Part shown: one piece after another, positions 16,897 through 25,893 of the stretch
Layout: every line of letters begins with the position of its first letter
Numbering within the stretch: position 1 is the stretch's first letter
From: Planctomycetota bacterium
Lineage (GTDB): Bacteria > Planctomycetota > UBA1135 > GCA-002686595
Direction: 5' to 3'
Length of the DNA stretch: 64,000 nt
Assembly: GCA_036010965.1 (NCBI GenBank)
Contig: DASCMO010000144.1
Span: 1,272 to 65,271 of the forward strand
Notes under the pieces: generated by a model
Seen by the model: only the letters and a program-made list of their open reading frames with translations
Told to the model about the DNA's origin: nothing
Databases searched by the model: none
Translations under genes and position numbers: made by a program

Positions 16897-16932
16897 GAGA
16901 GCGGGTCGGCCCAGGCGGGCCGGCCCGCTCTC
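16897..16932. terminator. Hairpin between convergent genes
   Basis: GAGAGCGGG (16897-16905) pairs with CCCGCTCTC (16924-16932), with an inner GGCC...GGCC pairing. No strong U tract. Confidence 0.4.
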
Positions 16933-16966
16933 GCTGTGTCCACAGAGCCCTCTCCCGGGGGACGAG

Positions 16967-18523
16967 TCAGCGCGCTCCCAGGACGCGGCTGTAGCGGAAG
17001 GTGACCTCCAGGGAGAGGACGCCCAGGGCTGTCGAGTAGACGCGCCCGCCAGAAAAGCCCCAGGGACCGTTGGGATCCCAGGAGCCGGCAGCGGCCCCGT
17101 CCTTACGCTGGGAGGAGACCACCGCCTTGCGCATGGCCTTCTCCCACGCGCGCCAGGGCTTTCCGCCCATCTGGTACATGGCGTAGGAGCCGTAGTACCA
17201 GTAGTACATGTCGTTGGTCAGCCCGTCGGGGTCCCACTCAGGGAGGGCGCGCCCGAGGAGCGCGGCGCCGCGCTCCATCGCTTCCACCTGCTCGGGATCC
17301 TGACCGAGGAAGAAGCGGCAGAGCAGGCCCACCGCGGTCATGCACTCGGTCCGGTCGGTGGGGTAGTGGTCGTTCACCCCGTCCACGCGCGAGCTCGCCG
17401 AGCCGGGCGTGCGGTACCCGATCCGGCCCGTGGAGTCGGTCACCTCGTCGAGCCAGGACAGGGAGTCCGCGAAGGCCTGGCTGTCCACCGTGAGCCCGGC
17501 CTGCTGGGCGGATTCGAGGGCGAAGACCATCCAGCCCGTGACCGAGGTGTCGCTGCGCCCCGTGGGTGGTGAGTCGTAACCCCAGGCGCCGTAAGGATTG
17601 CGTGCGCGAGTGATGAACCCGACCGCTGCCTGGGCGCTGCGGCCGATGAGCGGGTTGCTCGAAAAGTAGTAGGCCTCGCACAGGGCCAGGGTGGCGATAG
17701 CGTGGTCGTACAGGTAGGCGTGACCGATGGGCGCCGTCAGGAGCCCGCTCTCGGGATCCTGCTGGTCTCTGAGCCAGCGCACACCGCGCAGGACGTGCTC
17801 GGTGTATTGGCCCCGGGCGGTCGTGTGTCCGTCCCCCAGGAAGGCTAGCAGGGCCAGGCCCGTCAGGCCCACGTCGTGCTCCGGTTGGCCGGGGCCGTCG
17901 CAGAGGTCGCTGGCCGGGTCGTGCCGCATGAAATCGTCCGCGTTCCACTTGCCGTCGTCATCCTGATGGCGGGCCAGCCACTCGAGCCCGCGGGCGATGT
18001 GGATTTCCATTCCGCGCCCACTCCCGCCTCGCCCCCGGCCCCCGGGGAAGCGAGCGCCGTACAGGCCGCCGGGAGAGCCGCCGATCCCCAGAACCTTGCC
18101 CACCGCCATCTCGGCGAAGGGGGCGAGGGAGCGGAAGTCGGGATCACCTTCAGCGGGCGCCTCACTCTGCTCGGTCGATTCATCGAGGGGCTCGTCGACG
18201 ACTTCCTCGAGCAGCGTCGGCTCCTCGGGGAGCGCCTCCTCGACGATTTCCGGCGGTGCCTCGGGGGGCGGGTCGGTGAAGGTCTGCTCGTCGACCGGTT
18301 CCACCGCGGTCATGATCCGCAGGTCCTCGCGCTGCTCGAGCAGCGTCCAGGGAATCAGCGACAGCACCAACAGCCCCATGGCGTGTGCCGTTGCGGAGAG
18401 CGCTAGCCATGGCGCTCGGTTCATCCATTCAAACAGAGCGTCCTGGAAGGAGAGTTCCTCTTCCCACGCGCGACTTGCCGTCACGCCTTCGCTCACGCTC
18501 GCATCGATTCTTCTTCCAGGCAT
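16967..18523 (-). CDS. Membrane-anchored prenyltransferase/squalene-oxidase-repeat (alpha/alpha-toroid) protein, paralog 1
   Basis: Track ORF 16967..18562 trimmed to ATG 18523 by alignment with paralog 2 (AWEEELSF vs VWEEEVTF). N-terminal TM, acidic linker, then RGLEWLARHQDDDGKWN, GVRWLRDQQDPESG and DTSVTGWMVFALESA repeats. Confidence 0.8.
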   Translation of the reverse strand: MPGRRIDASVSEGVTASRAWEEELSFQDALFEWMNRAPWLALSATAHAMGLLVLSLIPWTLLEQREDLRIMTAVEPVDEQTFTDPPPEAPPEIVEEALPEEPTLLEEVVDEPLDESTEQSEAPAEGDPDFRSLAPFAEMAVGKVLGIGGSPGGLYGARFPGGRGRGGSGRGMEIHIARGLEWLARHQDDDGKWNADDFMRHDPASDLCDGPGQPEHDVGLTGLALLAFLGDGHTTARGQYTEHVLRGVRWLRDQQDPESGLLTAPIGHAYLYDHAIATLALCEAYYFSSNPLIGRSAQAAVGFITRARNPYGAWGYDSPPTGRSDTSVTGWMVFALESAQQAGLTVDSQAFADSLSWLDEVTDSTGRIGYRTPGSASSRVDGVNDHYPTDRTECMTAVGLLCRFFLGQDPEQVEAMERGAALLGRALPEWDPDGLTNDMYYWYYGSYAMYQMGGKPWRAWEKAMRKAVVSSQRKDGAAAGSWDPNGPWGFSGGRVYSTALGVLSLEVTFRYSRVLGAR

Positions 18524-18554
18524 ACCATCCCTTTCTTGGTGCGTTCGCGCCCCC

Positions 18555-18592
18555 GCTCGCATCCATCACCAGGACTGGTGATGGATGCGAGC
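18555..18592. promoter_or_regulatory. Perfect 18-bp inverted repeat with a 2-nt spacer
   Basis: GCTCGCATCCATCACCAG-ga-CTGGTGATGGATGCGAGC, 32-69 nt upstream of the preferred start of paralog 1. It covers the alternative ATG at 18562. Confidence 0.6.
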
Positions 18593-18741
18593 GAGTATTG
18601 GAGCTTCCAGGATGCTGGGGTGGCTTCCATCGAAGGCTGCCGTGTCACCAGGAGAAACGCCGCGTGCAGCGCAGGGTTCACTCGCCGCGCAGGAAGTGGC
18701 TCGTTCTAAACACCCATTCCGGTGGGGGAGCCCCGACGAGA

Positions 18742-18775
18742 AGAGCCCCGTGGGCCGTGAGGCCCGCGGGGCTCT
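18742..18775 (-). terminator. Terminator-like hairpin after paralog 2
   Basis: AGAGCCCCGTGGGCC-gtga-GGCCCGCGGGGCTCT (one mismatch), about 38 nt past the stop at 18813. It is followed on the minus strand by TCTTCTCGTC. Confidence 0.5.
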
Positions 18776-18812
18776 GAGCTTTCTGGTTGTAGCGCTGTCG
18801 GTCGCGCCGCGC

Positions 18813-20375
18813 TCAGCGCGCGCCGAGGACCTTGGCGTAGCGGAAGTAGACCTCGAGGCACAGCACGCCGATGGCCGTCGAGTACACGCGACCGCCCGAG
18901 AAGCCCCAGGGGCCGATCGGATCCCAGGAGCCGCGCGACGCGCCGTCCTTGCGCTGGGACTCGAGCACGGCCTTCTTGCAGGCCTTGTTCCAGCCCTTCC
19001 AGTGTCGCCCGCCCATCTGGTACATCGCGTAGGAGCCGTAGTACCAGTAGTACATGTCGTTGGTCAAACCGTCGGGGTCCCACTCCGGCAGCGCCTTGAG
19101 CAAGAGATCGGCGTGCTTGACCATGATGTCGTTATCGCTCGGGTTCTGGCCCATGAAGAAGCGGCAGAGCAGGCCGACCGCCGTCATGCACTCGGTCTTG
19201 TCGGTCGGGTACTGGTCGTTCACGCCGTCCATGCGCGAGCTGGGTGAGCCGACCGTGTTGTAGCCGACGCGCCCGGTGGCCTTGTCGGTGACTTCGTCGA
19301 TCCAGGACATGCCGTCGGTGAAGGCCTGGCTGTCGATCGTCAGGCCGGCTTCCTCGGCCGATTTGATGGCGAAGATCATCCAGCCGGTGACCGACGTGTC
19401 GTTCGTCCCGTCCGGCGGAGATTCGTAGCGCCAGGCGGCGTAGGGGTTGCGGGCTCGGCTGATGAAGTTGATCGCCTTCTGCGCGGTGCCGCGGATCAGC
19501 GGGGACTTCGAGAAGTAGTACGCCTCGCAGACCGCCAGGGCCGCGATGCCGTGGCTGTACATGTAGGAGTGCCCGATCTTCTCGCCGATCAGGCCGTCCT
19601 CGAAGTCCTGTTGCTCGCGCAGCCACTTGATGCCCTTGGTGACCTTCTCGCGGTACAGGCCCTGGCGCGTGGTGTGGCCGTCACCCAGGAAGGCCAGCAG
19701 CGCGAGGCCGGTGAGGCCGACGTCGAATTCTGGCTGACCCGGACCCTCGCACTGGTCGTTGGGCGGGTCGTGCTTCATGAACTCGTCGCTGTCCCACTTG
19801 CCGCCCTCGTCCTGGTGGTTCGCCAGCCACTCCAGGCCGTCCTTGAGAGCCTGTTCCGTGCCCGAGCCGCCGGCCGCGCGCAGGTTGCGGCGTCCGCCGA
19901 AGCGACCGCCGAACTTGCCACCGGCGCCGCCGCCGATGCCGATCACGTCATTGAAGGCCTTGTCGTCGAAGGGGGAGTCGGAGAGGAAGTCCGGGTCGCC
20001 CTCGGAACTCTCGTAGTCCTGATCGTCGTCGGTCTCGTTGTGGTCGGAGATCTCCGCGTCCTTCAGCACGGGCTCCTCGATCGGCTCCTCCTCCTCGATC
20101 GGGGGCTCTTCCTCCTCGGGCGGGTCCTCGAAGATGTCCTCGGGGACCTGCTCGATGTCGGCATTGATCTCGCCGCCTTCATCGCTGGAGAGCAGGTTCC
20201 AGGGGATCAGGGAGAGCACCAGGAAGCCCATGACGTGGGCCACGGCCGAGATGCCCAGCCACGGAGCCCGGCTCATCCAGTCGTAGAGGACGTCGTTGAA
20301 GGTGACTTCCTCCTCCCAGACCTTGGGGAGGGTGCTCTCGATCTTGATGTTCTCGAATTCGGACGGGGTGTTCAT
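18813..20375 (-). CDS. Membrane-anchored prenyltransferase/squalene-oxidase-repeat (alpha/alpha-toroid) protein, paralog 2
   Basis: 520 aa, collinear with paralog 1 (DGLEWLANHQDEGGKWDSDEFMKHDP, GIKWLREQQDFEDG, DTSVTGWMIFAIKSAEEAGL, ...RYAKVLGAR). Confidence 0.85.
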   Translation of the reverse strand: MNTPSEFENIKIESTLPKVWEEEVTFNDVLYDWMSRAPWLGISAVAHVMGFLVLSLIPWNLLSSDEGGEINADIEQVPEDIFEDPPEEEEPPIEEEEPIEEPVLKDAEISDHNETDDDQDYESSEGDPDFLSDSPFDDKAFNDVIGIGGGAGGKFGGRFGGRRNLRAAGGSGTEQALKDGLEWLANHQDEGGKWDSDEFMKHDPPNDQCEGPGQPEFDVGLTGLALLAFLGDGHTTRQGLYREKVTKGIKWLREQQDFEDGLIGEKIGHSYMYSHGIAALAVCEAYYFSKSPLIRGTAQKAINFISRARNPYAAWRYESPPDGTNDTSVTGWMIFAIKSAEEAGLTIDSQAFTDGMSWIDEVTDKATGRVGYNTVGSPSSRMDGVNDQYPTDKTECMTAVGLLCRFFMGQNPSDNDIMVKHADLLLKALPEWDPDGLTNDMYYWYYGSYAMYQMGGRHWKGWNKACKKAVLESQRKDGASRGSWDPIGPWGFSGGRVYSTAIGVLCLEVYFRYAKVLGAR

Positions 20376-20597
20376 GCCGGGGCTCTCCAGGTCTCGCTGC
20401 TCAGGGTCTCGGGAAGGGCTCCCGGGGCCGCCAGGGGTCGCTCCAGACCCGTGTGGGGCCTTGGTTGGTCCGCAAGGAGTTCACCTCAACGCCGCTTGCG
20501 GGGAGGGGTTCAGAGTATATCCACGCTCCCTGCGGCGGACTACCGAGACTCCCCGCTGTGGGGCGAGTCGCCCGGCGAAGACTGCTCGAGCCCCGGC

Positions 20598-21662
20598 CTA
20601 CTGCCCGGAGGCGGTCCGCGTCGCTCCCTCGCCCGGGATCCACACGTAGGAGGTGGCGAGCCTCTCGTCCAGGGCGCGCTTGCGGTGGATGTCATCTCGG
20701 CGATCCAGCAGGTTGCGTTCCACGGCTGCCTGCACTTCGCCGTCCGCGAAGACGGGGGGCTCGGCGGCGTGTACCTCGCGCAGCTGGATGGCGCGCCAGG
20801 CGAGGACATCCTCGCCGCTCATGATGGGCTGGGGCGGGGTCACCGTGCCGACCGCGGCCTCCCGCAGGCTCCCGGCCAGCTGGCCGCCGAAGAGGCGCTC
20901 GACGTCTCCCAGGGCCAGGGGCTCGGTCAGCCCGTCGTCGGCGCGTTCGCCAAACTCCTCCACCAGGACGGCGAAGTCCTCGCCCTCCTCCACCTGGGCC
21001 AGGAGGTCCGCGAGCAGCTCGCGGGCGATCTCCGGGGGGTCGCTGGCCCGAACTGGGATGAGCAGTTCTTGCAGGACCATGCGCGGGGCCCGACCGCCGA
21101 TAGTGTCGAGGTTCCAGCGATCCCGGCACACGCGCCTGTACGCGCCCTGGCGTTCGCCGGGGCGCACGAAGCGGTCCTGGATCACCCTCCCGTTTGGTCC
21201 TCGGTCGCGGCCCGTGACGGTGTTCTCGAAACTGCGTCGCAGGAGGTCCTCGCCGTAGATCTCGCGCTGGTCGGCGGCGGTGATCTCCTGCATTTCCAGG
21301 GACTCCTGCATCGCCTTCACCCCGCCCGCGGTGGCGGTACGCCAGTCCCACCAGTTTCCGACGAGGCGATCGATGTCCTTCTTCGCGATCCCGAGATCCT
21401 CCCCGCCCTGGCGCATCAGCAGGCTGTCCACCGAGTTGCGGTAGATCGCCGCCTGGAGCTGCTCGAACTCCCGCCTCGTCGTGACTCCGTAGCGTCGCAC
21501 CTCGCGCGCGAGGACGCGCTCCAGGCGCCGGCGCGTGATCACATCGCCGTTCACGACGACCTCGACGCCGTTGAGGGGCGACCACTGGCCGCGCGCCGGG
21601 GCCGGACTTGCGGGACCGGCCCCCTGGAGCGCGGCGACGGCGCACAGTGTGGTGAAGATCAT
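20598..21662 (-). CDS. SurA-like periplasmic chaperone / parvulin-type PPIase-like protein
   Basis: Track ORF 20598..23933 trimmed to ATG 21662, which overlaps the mfd stop as ATGA. Signal peptide MIFTTLCAVAALQGAG, a SurA-N-like helical part, and a degenerate parvulin-like segment LLAQVEEGEDFAVLVEEFGE. Confidence 0.6.
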   Translation of the reverse strand: MIFTTLCAVAALQGAGPASPAPARGQWSPLNGVEVVVNGDVITRRRLERVLAREVRRYGVTTRREFEQLQAAIYRNSVDSLLMRQGGEDLGIAKKDIDRLVGNWWDWRTATAGGVKAMQESLEMQEITAADQREIYGEDLLRRSFENTVTGRDRGPNGRVIQDRFVRPGERQGAYRRVCRDRWNLDTIGGRAPRMVLQELLIPVRASDPPEIARELLADLLAQVEEGEDFAVLVEEFGERADDGLTEPLALGDVERLFGGQLAGSLREAAVGTVTPPQPIMSGEDVLAWRAIQLREVHAAEPPVFADGEVQAAVERNLLDRRDDIHRKRALDERLATSYVWIPGEGATRTASGQ

Positions 21663-24600
21663 GATTTCCGCGAAGCTCGTTCGCGGCCCATTCTCTGCCC
21701 CCGCGGGTGGACCTTCAAGAGGCCCTCGATCCACTCCAGGGCCTCTTCGGGGGTCTCGCAGTCGGCCGGCGTGCGCAGGTGGGCAAGGCCCGCGCGGATC
21801 GGGCGCAGCTCGACCCTCACGGAGGCGAGCCAGCCCTCCAGGCGCACGCGGTCGGCGAACCCGATCAGGTAGGCGTCTCCCTGCCAGCTGAGGCGCGTCA
21901 CTCCGTGCTCGGAGAGGGCTGCCTGGAGGCGGAAGGTGCGCAGCAGGCCCCTGGCCTGGGGGGGGATGCGGCCGAAGCGATCGCGCAGCATGGCCTCGGC
22001 GGCGTCCAGCGATTCCTCCGAGTCGATGTCCGCCAGCTCTCGCAGCAGTTCGAGCCGCGTCTCCACGCCCCGGATCCACTCCTCGGGCAGGTAGGCGTCG
22101 ATCCCGAGCTCGAGTTCGACGCCCATGTCGGCCAGCTCTCCGCTCGCCAGCGCTTCCAGATTCTCTCCGGCGTGCATGCGCTCGATCGTCTGCTTGAGCA
22201 GGCGGCAGTATAAGTCGTAGCCCACGGCGGCGATGTGGCCGGACTGCTCCGCCCCCAGGACGTTGCCGGCGCCGCGGATCTCGAGGTCGCGCATACTGAT
22301 CGCGAAACCGGCGCCGAGCTGGTTCATCTCCTCGAGCGCCTTCAGTCGGTCGCGAGCCGCCTGACGCAGGGGGATGGCCTTCTCGACCAGCAGGAGGCAC
22401 CAGGCCTTGTTCACTCCGCGGCCGACCCGGCCCCGCAACTGATGCAGTTGACTGAGGCCGAACCGATCGGCCCGGTGCACGATGATCGTCCCCGCCGCGG
22501 GGATGTCGAGTCCGCTCTCGATGATCGTGGTCGCGACGAGCACGTCCACCTCGCCGCGTGTGAACAGCCTCATCACGCGCTGCAGCTCTCCCGCGGACAT
22601 CTGCCCGTGGCCGATGGCGAAGGAGCACTCGGGGACCAGGGCGCTGATGTGCGCGGCCATCACCTCGATCGAGGAGACGCGGTTGTGGAGGAAGAACACC
22701 TGCCCGCCGCGGTTCTTCTCGCGCAGCAGGGCCTCGCGGATCAGCTCCTCGTCCTCGATGTAGCCCAGGCGCGTCTCGATCTCCTGCCTCCCGAGGGGGG
22801 CGACGGTCAGGGCGGAGATGTCGCGCACTCCCGAGAGGGACATGTGGAGCGTGCGCGGGATCGGAGTGGCGGTCAGGGTCAGGAGGTCGATCTGTGACCG
22901 CAGGCGTTTGAAGTGCTCCTTGTGCGAGACTCCGAAGCGCTGTTCCTCGTCGATGATTGCCAGGCCCAGCTTCGCGAAGCGCACATCGGCGGACAGGATG
23001 CGGTGGGTGCCGATCAGGATGTCCACCCGGCCGGCCTCCACGCCCTCGATCACCTCGCGCATGCGCGTGGGGTTCACGTAGCGCGAGAGCATCTCGACGG
23101 TCACCGGGAACTCGGCCAGGCGATCGCGGAAGGTGTCGAGGTGTTGCTGGGCGAGGAGGGTGGTGGGGGCGAGGAACGCGACCTGGCCGCCGCCGACGAC
23201 CACGCGCACGGCGGCGCGTACGGCCAGCTCGGTCTTCCCGAACCCGACGTCGCCGCAGAGCAGGCGGTCCATGGGGTTGGGCCCGCAGAGGTCGCCCTGG
23301 ATCTCCTCGTCGGTCTGGGCCTGGTCGACCGTGTCCTCGTGGGGAAAGGCCGCGATCAGCTCGCGCACGGTCTCGTCGTCGGCGGGCCAGGAGTCGCGCG
23401 TCGAGACGGCTCGTCGCGCGTTCACCTCCAGGAGGTCGCTGGCCAGGTCCACGATCGCGCGCTGCACCCGCTCCTTGCGCTTGCGAAAGCTCTGGCCGCC
23501 GATCCGGTCGAGGGCCGGTGTGGCGCAACCGGTCCCGATGTAGCGCTGGACGATGTCGATGCGGGCCGCGGGGACGTAGACGCTGACGTCGTTGGCGAAG
23601 ACGAGGTGCAGGTGTTCCTCCTCGCCCTCCCCGCGTGACATGTGCACCAGTCCCTCGAAGCGCGCCAGGCCGTGGACGGCGTGGACGACGTGGTCGCCGA
23701 GCTTGAGTTCGAAGAAGGACTGGATGGCACGCGCCTTGTGGGCCGGCCGGTCTGTGCGCGGGCGCACGCGTCCCGCGATCCCGGCCAGCTCTCGGTGGTT
23801 GACGACCAGCAAGCCTGCGGCCGGGAGCCGGAAGCCGCGCGCCAGGCTGCCGACAACCGTTTCCAGGCCCCCCACGCCGTCGTGCCGCTCGATGTGCTCG
23901 CTGAAGCGGGTGCGCTCTACCTCGGTCGCGCACAGGACGATCACTCGTTCATCGCCGGCGGAGGCCTCGCGCAAGGCCTCGGGCGCCTCCAGGATTCCGA
24001 CCGCCAGGGCCTGCACCGAGCGCGTGTCGATGTTCCACTCGTCGGCCGGCAGGCTCTGGAGGGTCAGGTGGGCGCGCGTGGCGCGTTCCTCCTCGAGGAT
24101 CCGCAGGGAGCGCGCGTGGGAGGGCGACTGGATGCCCAGGCTCTGGGAGCGGTCCTCGTTGCGCAGAGGCTCGATCTCCACCCAGACCGCCGTGGGAGAG
24201 AGGAGTCGTGCCGGGTGCTCGCCGTCCCCGTCCTCGATCCCGCCGGTGTCTCCGGTCAGGATCACCTCGATCCGGGGCAGGGACTCGACGCTGCGCTGAT
24301 CGGTTGGATCGAAGGTGCGCAGGGACTCAACCTCGTCGTCGAAGAGCTCGATCCGCAAGGGCAGCGGACTGGCCAGGGGGTAGAGGTCCAGGATGTCTCC
24401 GCGCAGGCTGACCTCGCCGGGAGCGGCCACCAGGGGCTGGCGCTCGAATCCCGCGGTCACGAGGCGCTTGAGCAGGTGCTCGGGATCGAGGTGTTGGCCA
24501 ACCTCGAGGCGCAGGACGGCGGATTCCAGGATGGAGGCGCCGGGGAGCGGCTGGAGCATGGAGAGGAGCGACGCGACGATCAGGCGCGGGCGCTCCTGGG

Positions 24601-24955
24601 GCGGCCCCGAGATGGCGTGCGCGAGCTCGATCCGCCGGCGCAGGTTTCCGACGTCGGCGTCGCCGCGGCGCGCGAAGCTCTCGCGTGCGGGGAAGAAGGC
24701 GGGCTCCAGCCCGAGGGTCTCGAGGTCGTCCGCGACCGTTCGCGCCTCGCTGTCGGAGGAGGCGATGACCACCCACGGACCCTGGGCGCAGCGTGTCAAG
24801 GCCCCCAGCACGCAGGCTTGGGAGGAGCCCCAGAGGCCGCCGACGGCCACGGTCTCACCCGGAGCGAGACGGTCGCCGATGCGCCGCAACTCCAGGGTCC
24901 GGGCGAGGTCTTGGAGGTCGACGAGGGGAGGCGCGGGGTGCGCGGGATCGGTCAC
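21659..24955 (-). CDS. mfd: Transcription-repair coupling factor
   Basis: 1098 aa. Motifs RFEGLV (CarD-like), the helicase motifs LLCGDVGFGKTE, DEEQRFGV, LTATPIPRT and QLRGRVGR, and a TRCF C-terminal domain. The GTG start overlaps the rnc stop as GTGA. Confidence 0.95.
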   Translation of the reverse strand: MTDPAHPAPPLVDLQDLARTLELRRIGDRLAPGETVAVGGLWGSSQACVLGALTRCAQGPWVVIASSDSEARTVADDLETLGLEPAFFPARESFARRGDADVGNLRRRIELAHAISGPPQERPRLIVASLLSMLQPLPGASILESAVLRLEVGQHLDPEHLLKRLVTAGFERQPLVAAPGEVSLRGDILDLYPLASPLPLRIELFDDEVESLRTFDPTDQRSVESLPRIEVILTGDTGGIEDGDGEHPARLLSPTAVWVEIEPLRNEDRSQSLGIQSPSHARSLRILEEERATRAHLTLQSLPADEWNIDTRSVQALAVGILEAPEALREASAGDERVIVLCATEVERTRFSEHIERHDGVGGLETVVGSLARGFRLPAAGLLVVNHRELAGIAGRVRPRTDRPAHKARAIQSFFELKLGDHVVHAVHGLARFEGLVHMSRGEGEEEHLHLVFANDVSVYVPAARIDIVQRYIGTGCATPALDRIGGQSFRKRKERVQRAIVDLASDLLEVNARRAVSTRDSWPADDETVRELIAAFPHEDTVDQAQTDEEIQGDLCGPNPMDRLLCGDVGFGKTELAVRAAVRVVVGGGQVAFLAPTTLLAQQHLDTFRDRLAEFPVTVEMLSRYVNPTRMREVIEGVEAGRVDILIGTHRILSADVRFAKLGLAIIDEEQRFGVSHKEHFKRLRSQIDLLTLTATPIPRTLHMSLSGVRDISALTVAPLGRQEIETRLGYIEDEELIREALLREKNRGGQVFFLHNRVSSIEVMAAHISALVPECSFAIGHGQMSAGELQRVMRLFTRGEVDVLVATTIIESGLDIPAAGTIIVHRADRFGLSQLHQLRGRVGRGVNKAWCLLLVEKAIPLRQAARDRLKALEEMNQLGAGFAISMRDLEIRGAGNVLGAEQSGHIAAVGYDLYCRLLKQTIERMHAGENLEALASGELADMGVELELGIDAYLPEEWIRGVETRLELLRELADIDSEESLDAAEAMLRDRFGRIPPQARGLLRTFRLQAALSEHGVTRLSWQGDAYLIGFADRVRLEGWLASVRVELRPIRAGLAHLRTPADCETPEEALEWIEGLLKVHPRGQRMGRERASRKS

Positions 24956-25608
24956 GCCCGCGCCTCGGGTTCGAGGATCAGGAGCGCTTCGAAGGCCGCC
25001 CAGCGTTCAGCTTCCTTCAGGTTCCGACCCCAGGCCGCCGGGAAGCGCCGGCCTCCGATCTCGGCCGCCACCAGGAACGCGCGTGCGTGGGCGCGGCCGT
25101 GTCGTTCGAGGGCACGGTAGGAGGGCGGCGCTCCCCAGCGTTTCTGGCTGAGCTCCTGCAGCTCCTGCTTGGGATTGTCGGCGCCCTCCATCTCGCGTGT
25201 GCGAGCGAGCTCCTCTCCCAGGGTCGTGTGTACGAAGGCCCGGGCGGCCTCCAGGCCCGCGTCGAGGTAGACCGCCCCGAGCACGGCCTCGTAGAGGTTA
25301 GCGAGGACCGAGCGCGGGAAGGCGCTGCGGCGCAGGCCGGGCCCGATGTGGGCGATCTCCTCCAGTTCGAGGCGCGTCGCGGCCTCCGCCAGGGTGCGCC
25401 GGGAGACGACCGAGGCCTTGAACTCGGTCATGGGCCCTTCGGGGAGGTTGTCGGGATCTGCGTAGAGGTGCTCCGCCGTCACCAGGTCCAGCACCGCGTC
25501 GCCCAGAAACTCCAGACGCTCGTTGTCCTGCCGGGCCCCGGTGGAGGAGTGGGTCAGGGCCAGCTCGCGCAGGGACTCGTCTTGAAAGGCGTGGGGAATG
25601 GGCTGCAT
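24952..25608 (-). CDS. rnc: Ribonuclease III
   Basis: Signature NERLEFLGDAVL, plus SVLANLYEAVLGAVYLD and a C-terminal dsRBD (KQELQELSQKR...). GAGGTGAG lies upstream of the ATG. Confidence 0.93.
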   Translation of the reverse strand: MQPIPHAFQDESLRELALTHSSTGARQDNERLEFLGDAVLDLVTAEHLYADPDNLPEGPMTEFKASVVSRRTLAEAATRLELEEIAHIGPGLRRSAFPRSVLANLYEAVLGAVYLDAGLEAARAFVHTTLGEELARTREMEGADNPKQELQELSQKRWGAPPSYRALERHGRAHARAFLVAAEIGGRRFPAAWGRNLKEAERWAAFEALLILEPEARA

Positions 25609-25673
25609 GGCTCACCTCGCGGTGAGAGTATAGGGGCCCCCGGGCGTCTGCCGGGGCCGGCAGGGAGTACCGC

Positions 25674-25883
25674 TTGGATCGAGAGCAGCGGCAACGAAAG
25701 AACGACGATCTGGTGGAGCCCCTCTTCGCGGCATTGCGCGGGGAGGCGCGCGGGGAGGCGTGCGAGGAGGCGTGCGAGGGGTCACGGGCGGAGGGCGCAC
25801 CCAGACCCGTCTCGGCGCGTGCCCTGGCCATCACCCTCGCGGCGGTTCTCGCCGGCCTCGCGCTCTGGTGGGGCCTCGCCTAG
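25674..25883 (+). CDS. Possible small tail-anchored membrane protein
   Basis: 69 codons with a TTG start, an acidic N-terminus and a C-terminal TM ALAITLAAVLAGLALWWGLA. Third-position GC is fairly high but no homology was recognised. Confidence 0.3.
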   Translation: MDREQRQRKNDDLVEPLFAALRGEARGEACEEACEGSRAEGAPRPVSARALAITLAAVLAGLALWWGLA

Positions 25884-25893
25884 ACGGATGCGT

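Noticed and set aside
19551-21872. 773-aa plus-strand ORF, and similar long ORFs such as 23642..25120, 27708..28958, 30499..31809, 32860..34002, 34008..35672, 36893..37957, 43314..44534, 45309..46406, 49299..50471 and 51122..52822.
   Set aside because: Each lies antisense to, and often spans several of, genes with unmistakable conserved motifs. Their products are Arg/Gly/Ala/Pro/Asp/His-rich with no recognisable motif. Stop-poor shadow frames like these are expected in GC-rich DNA.
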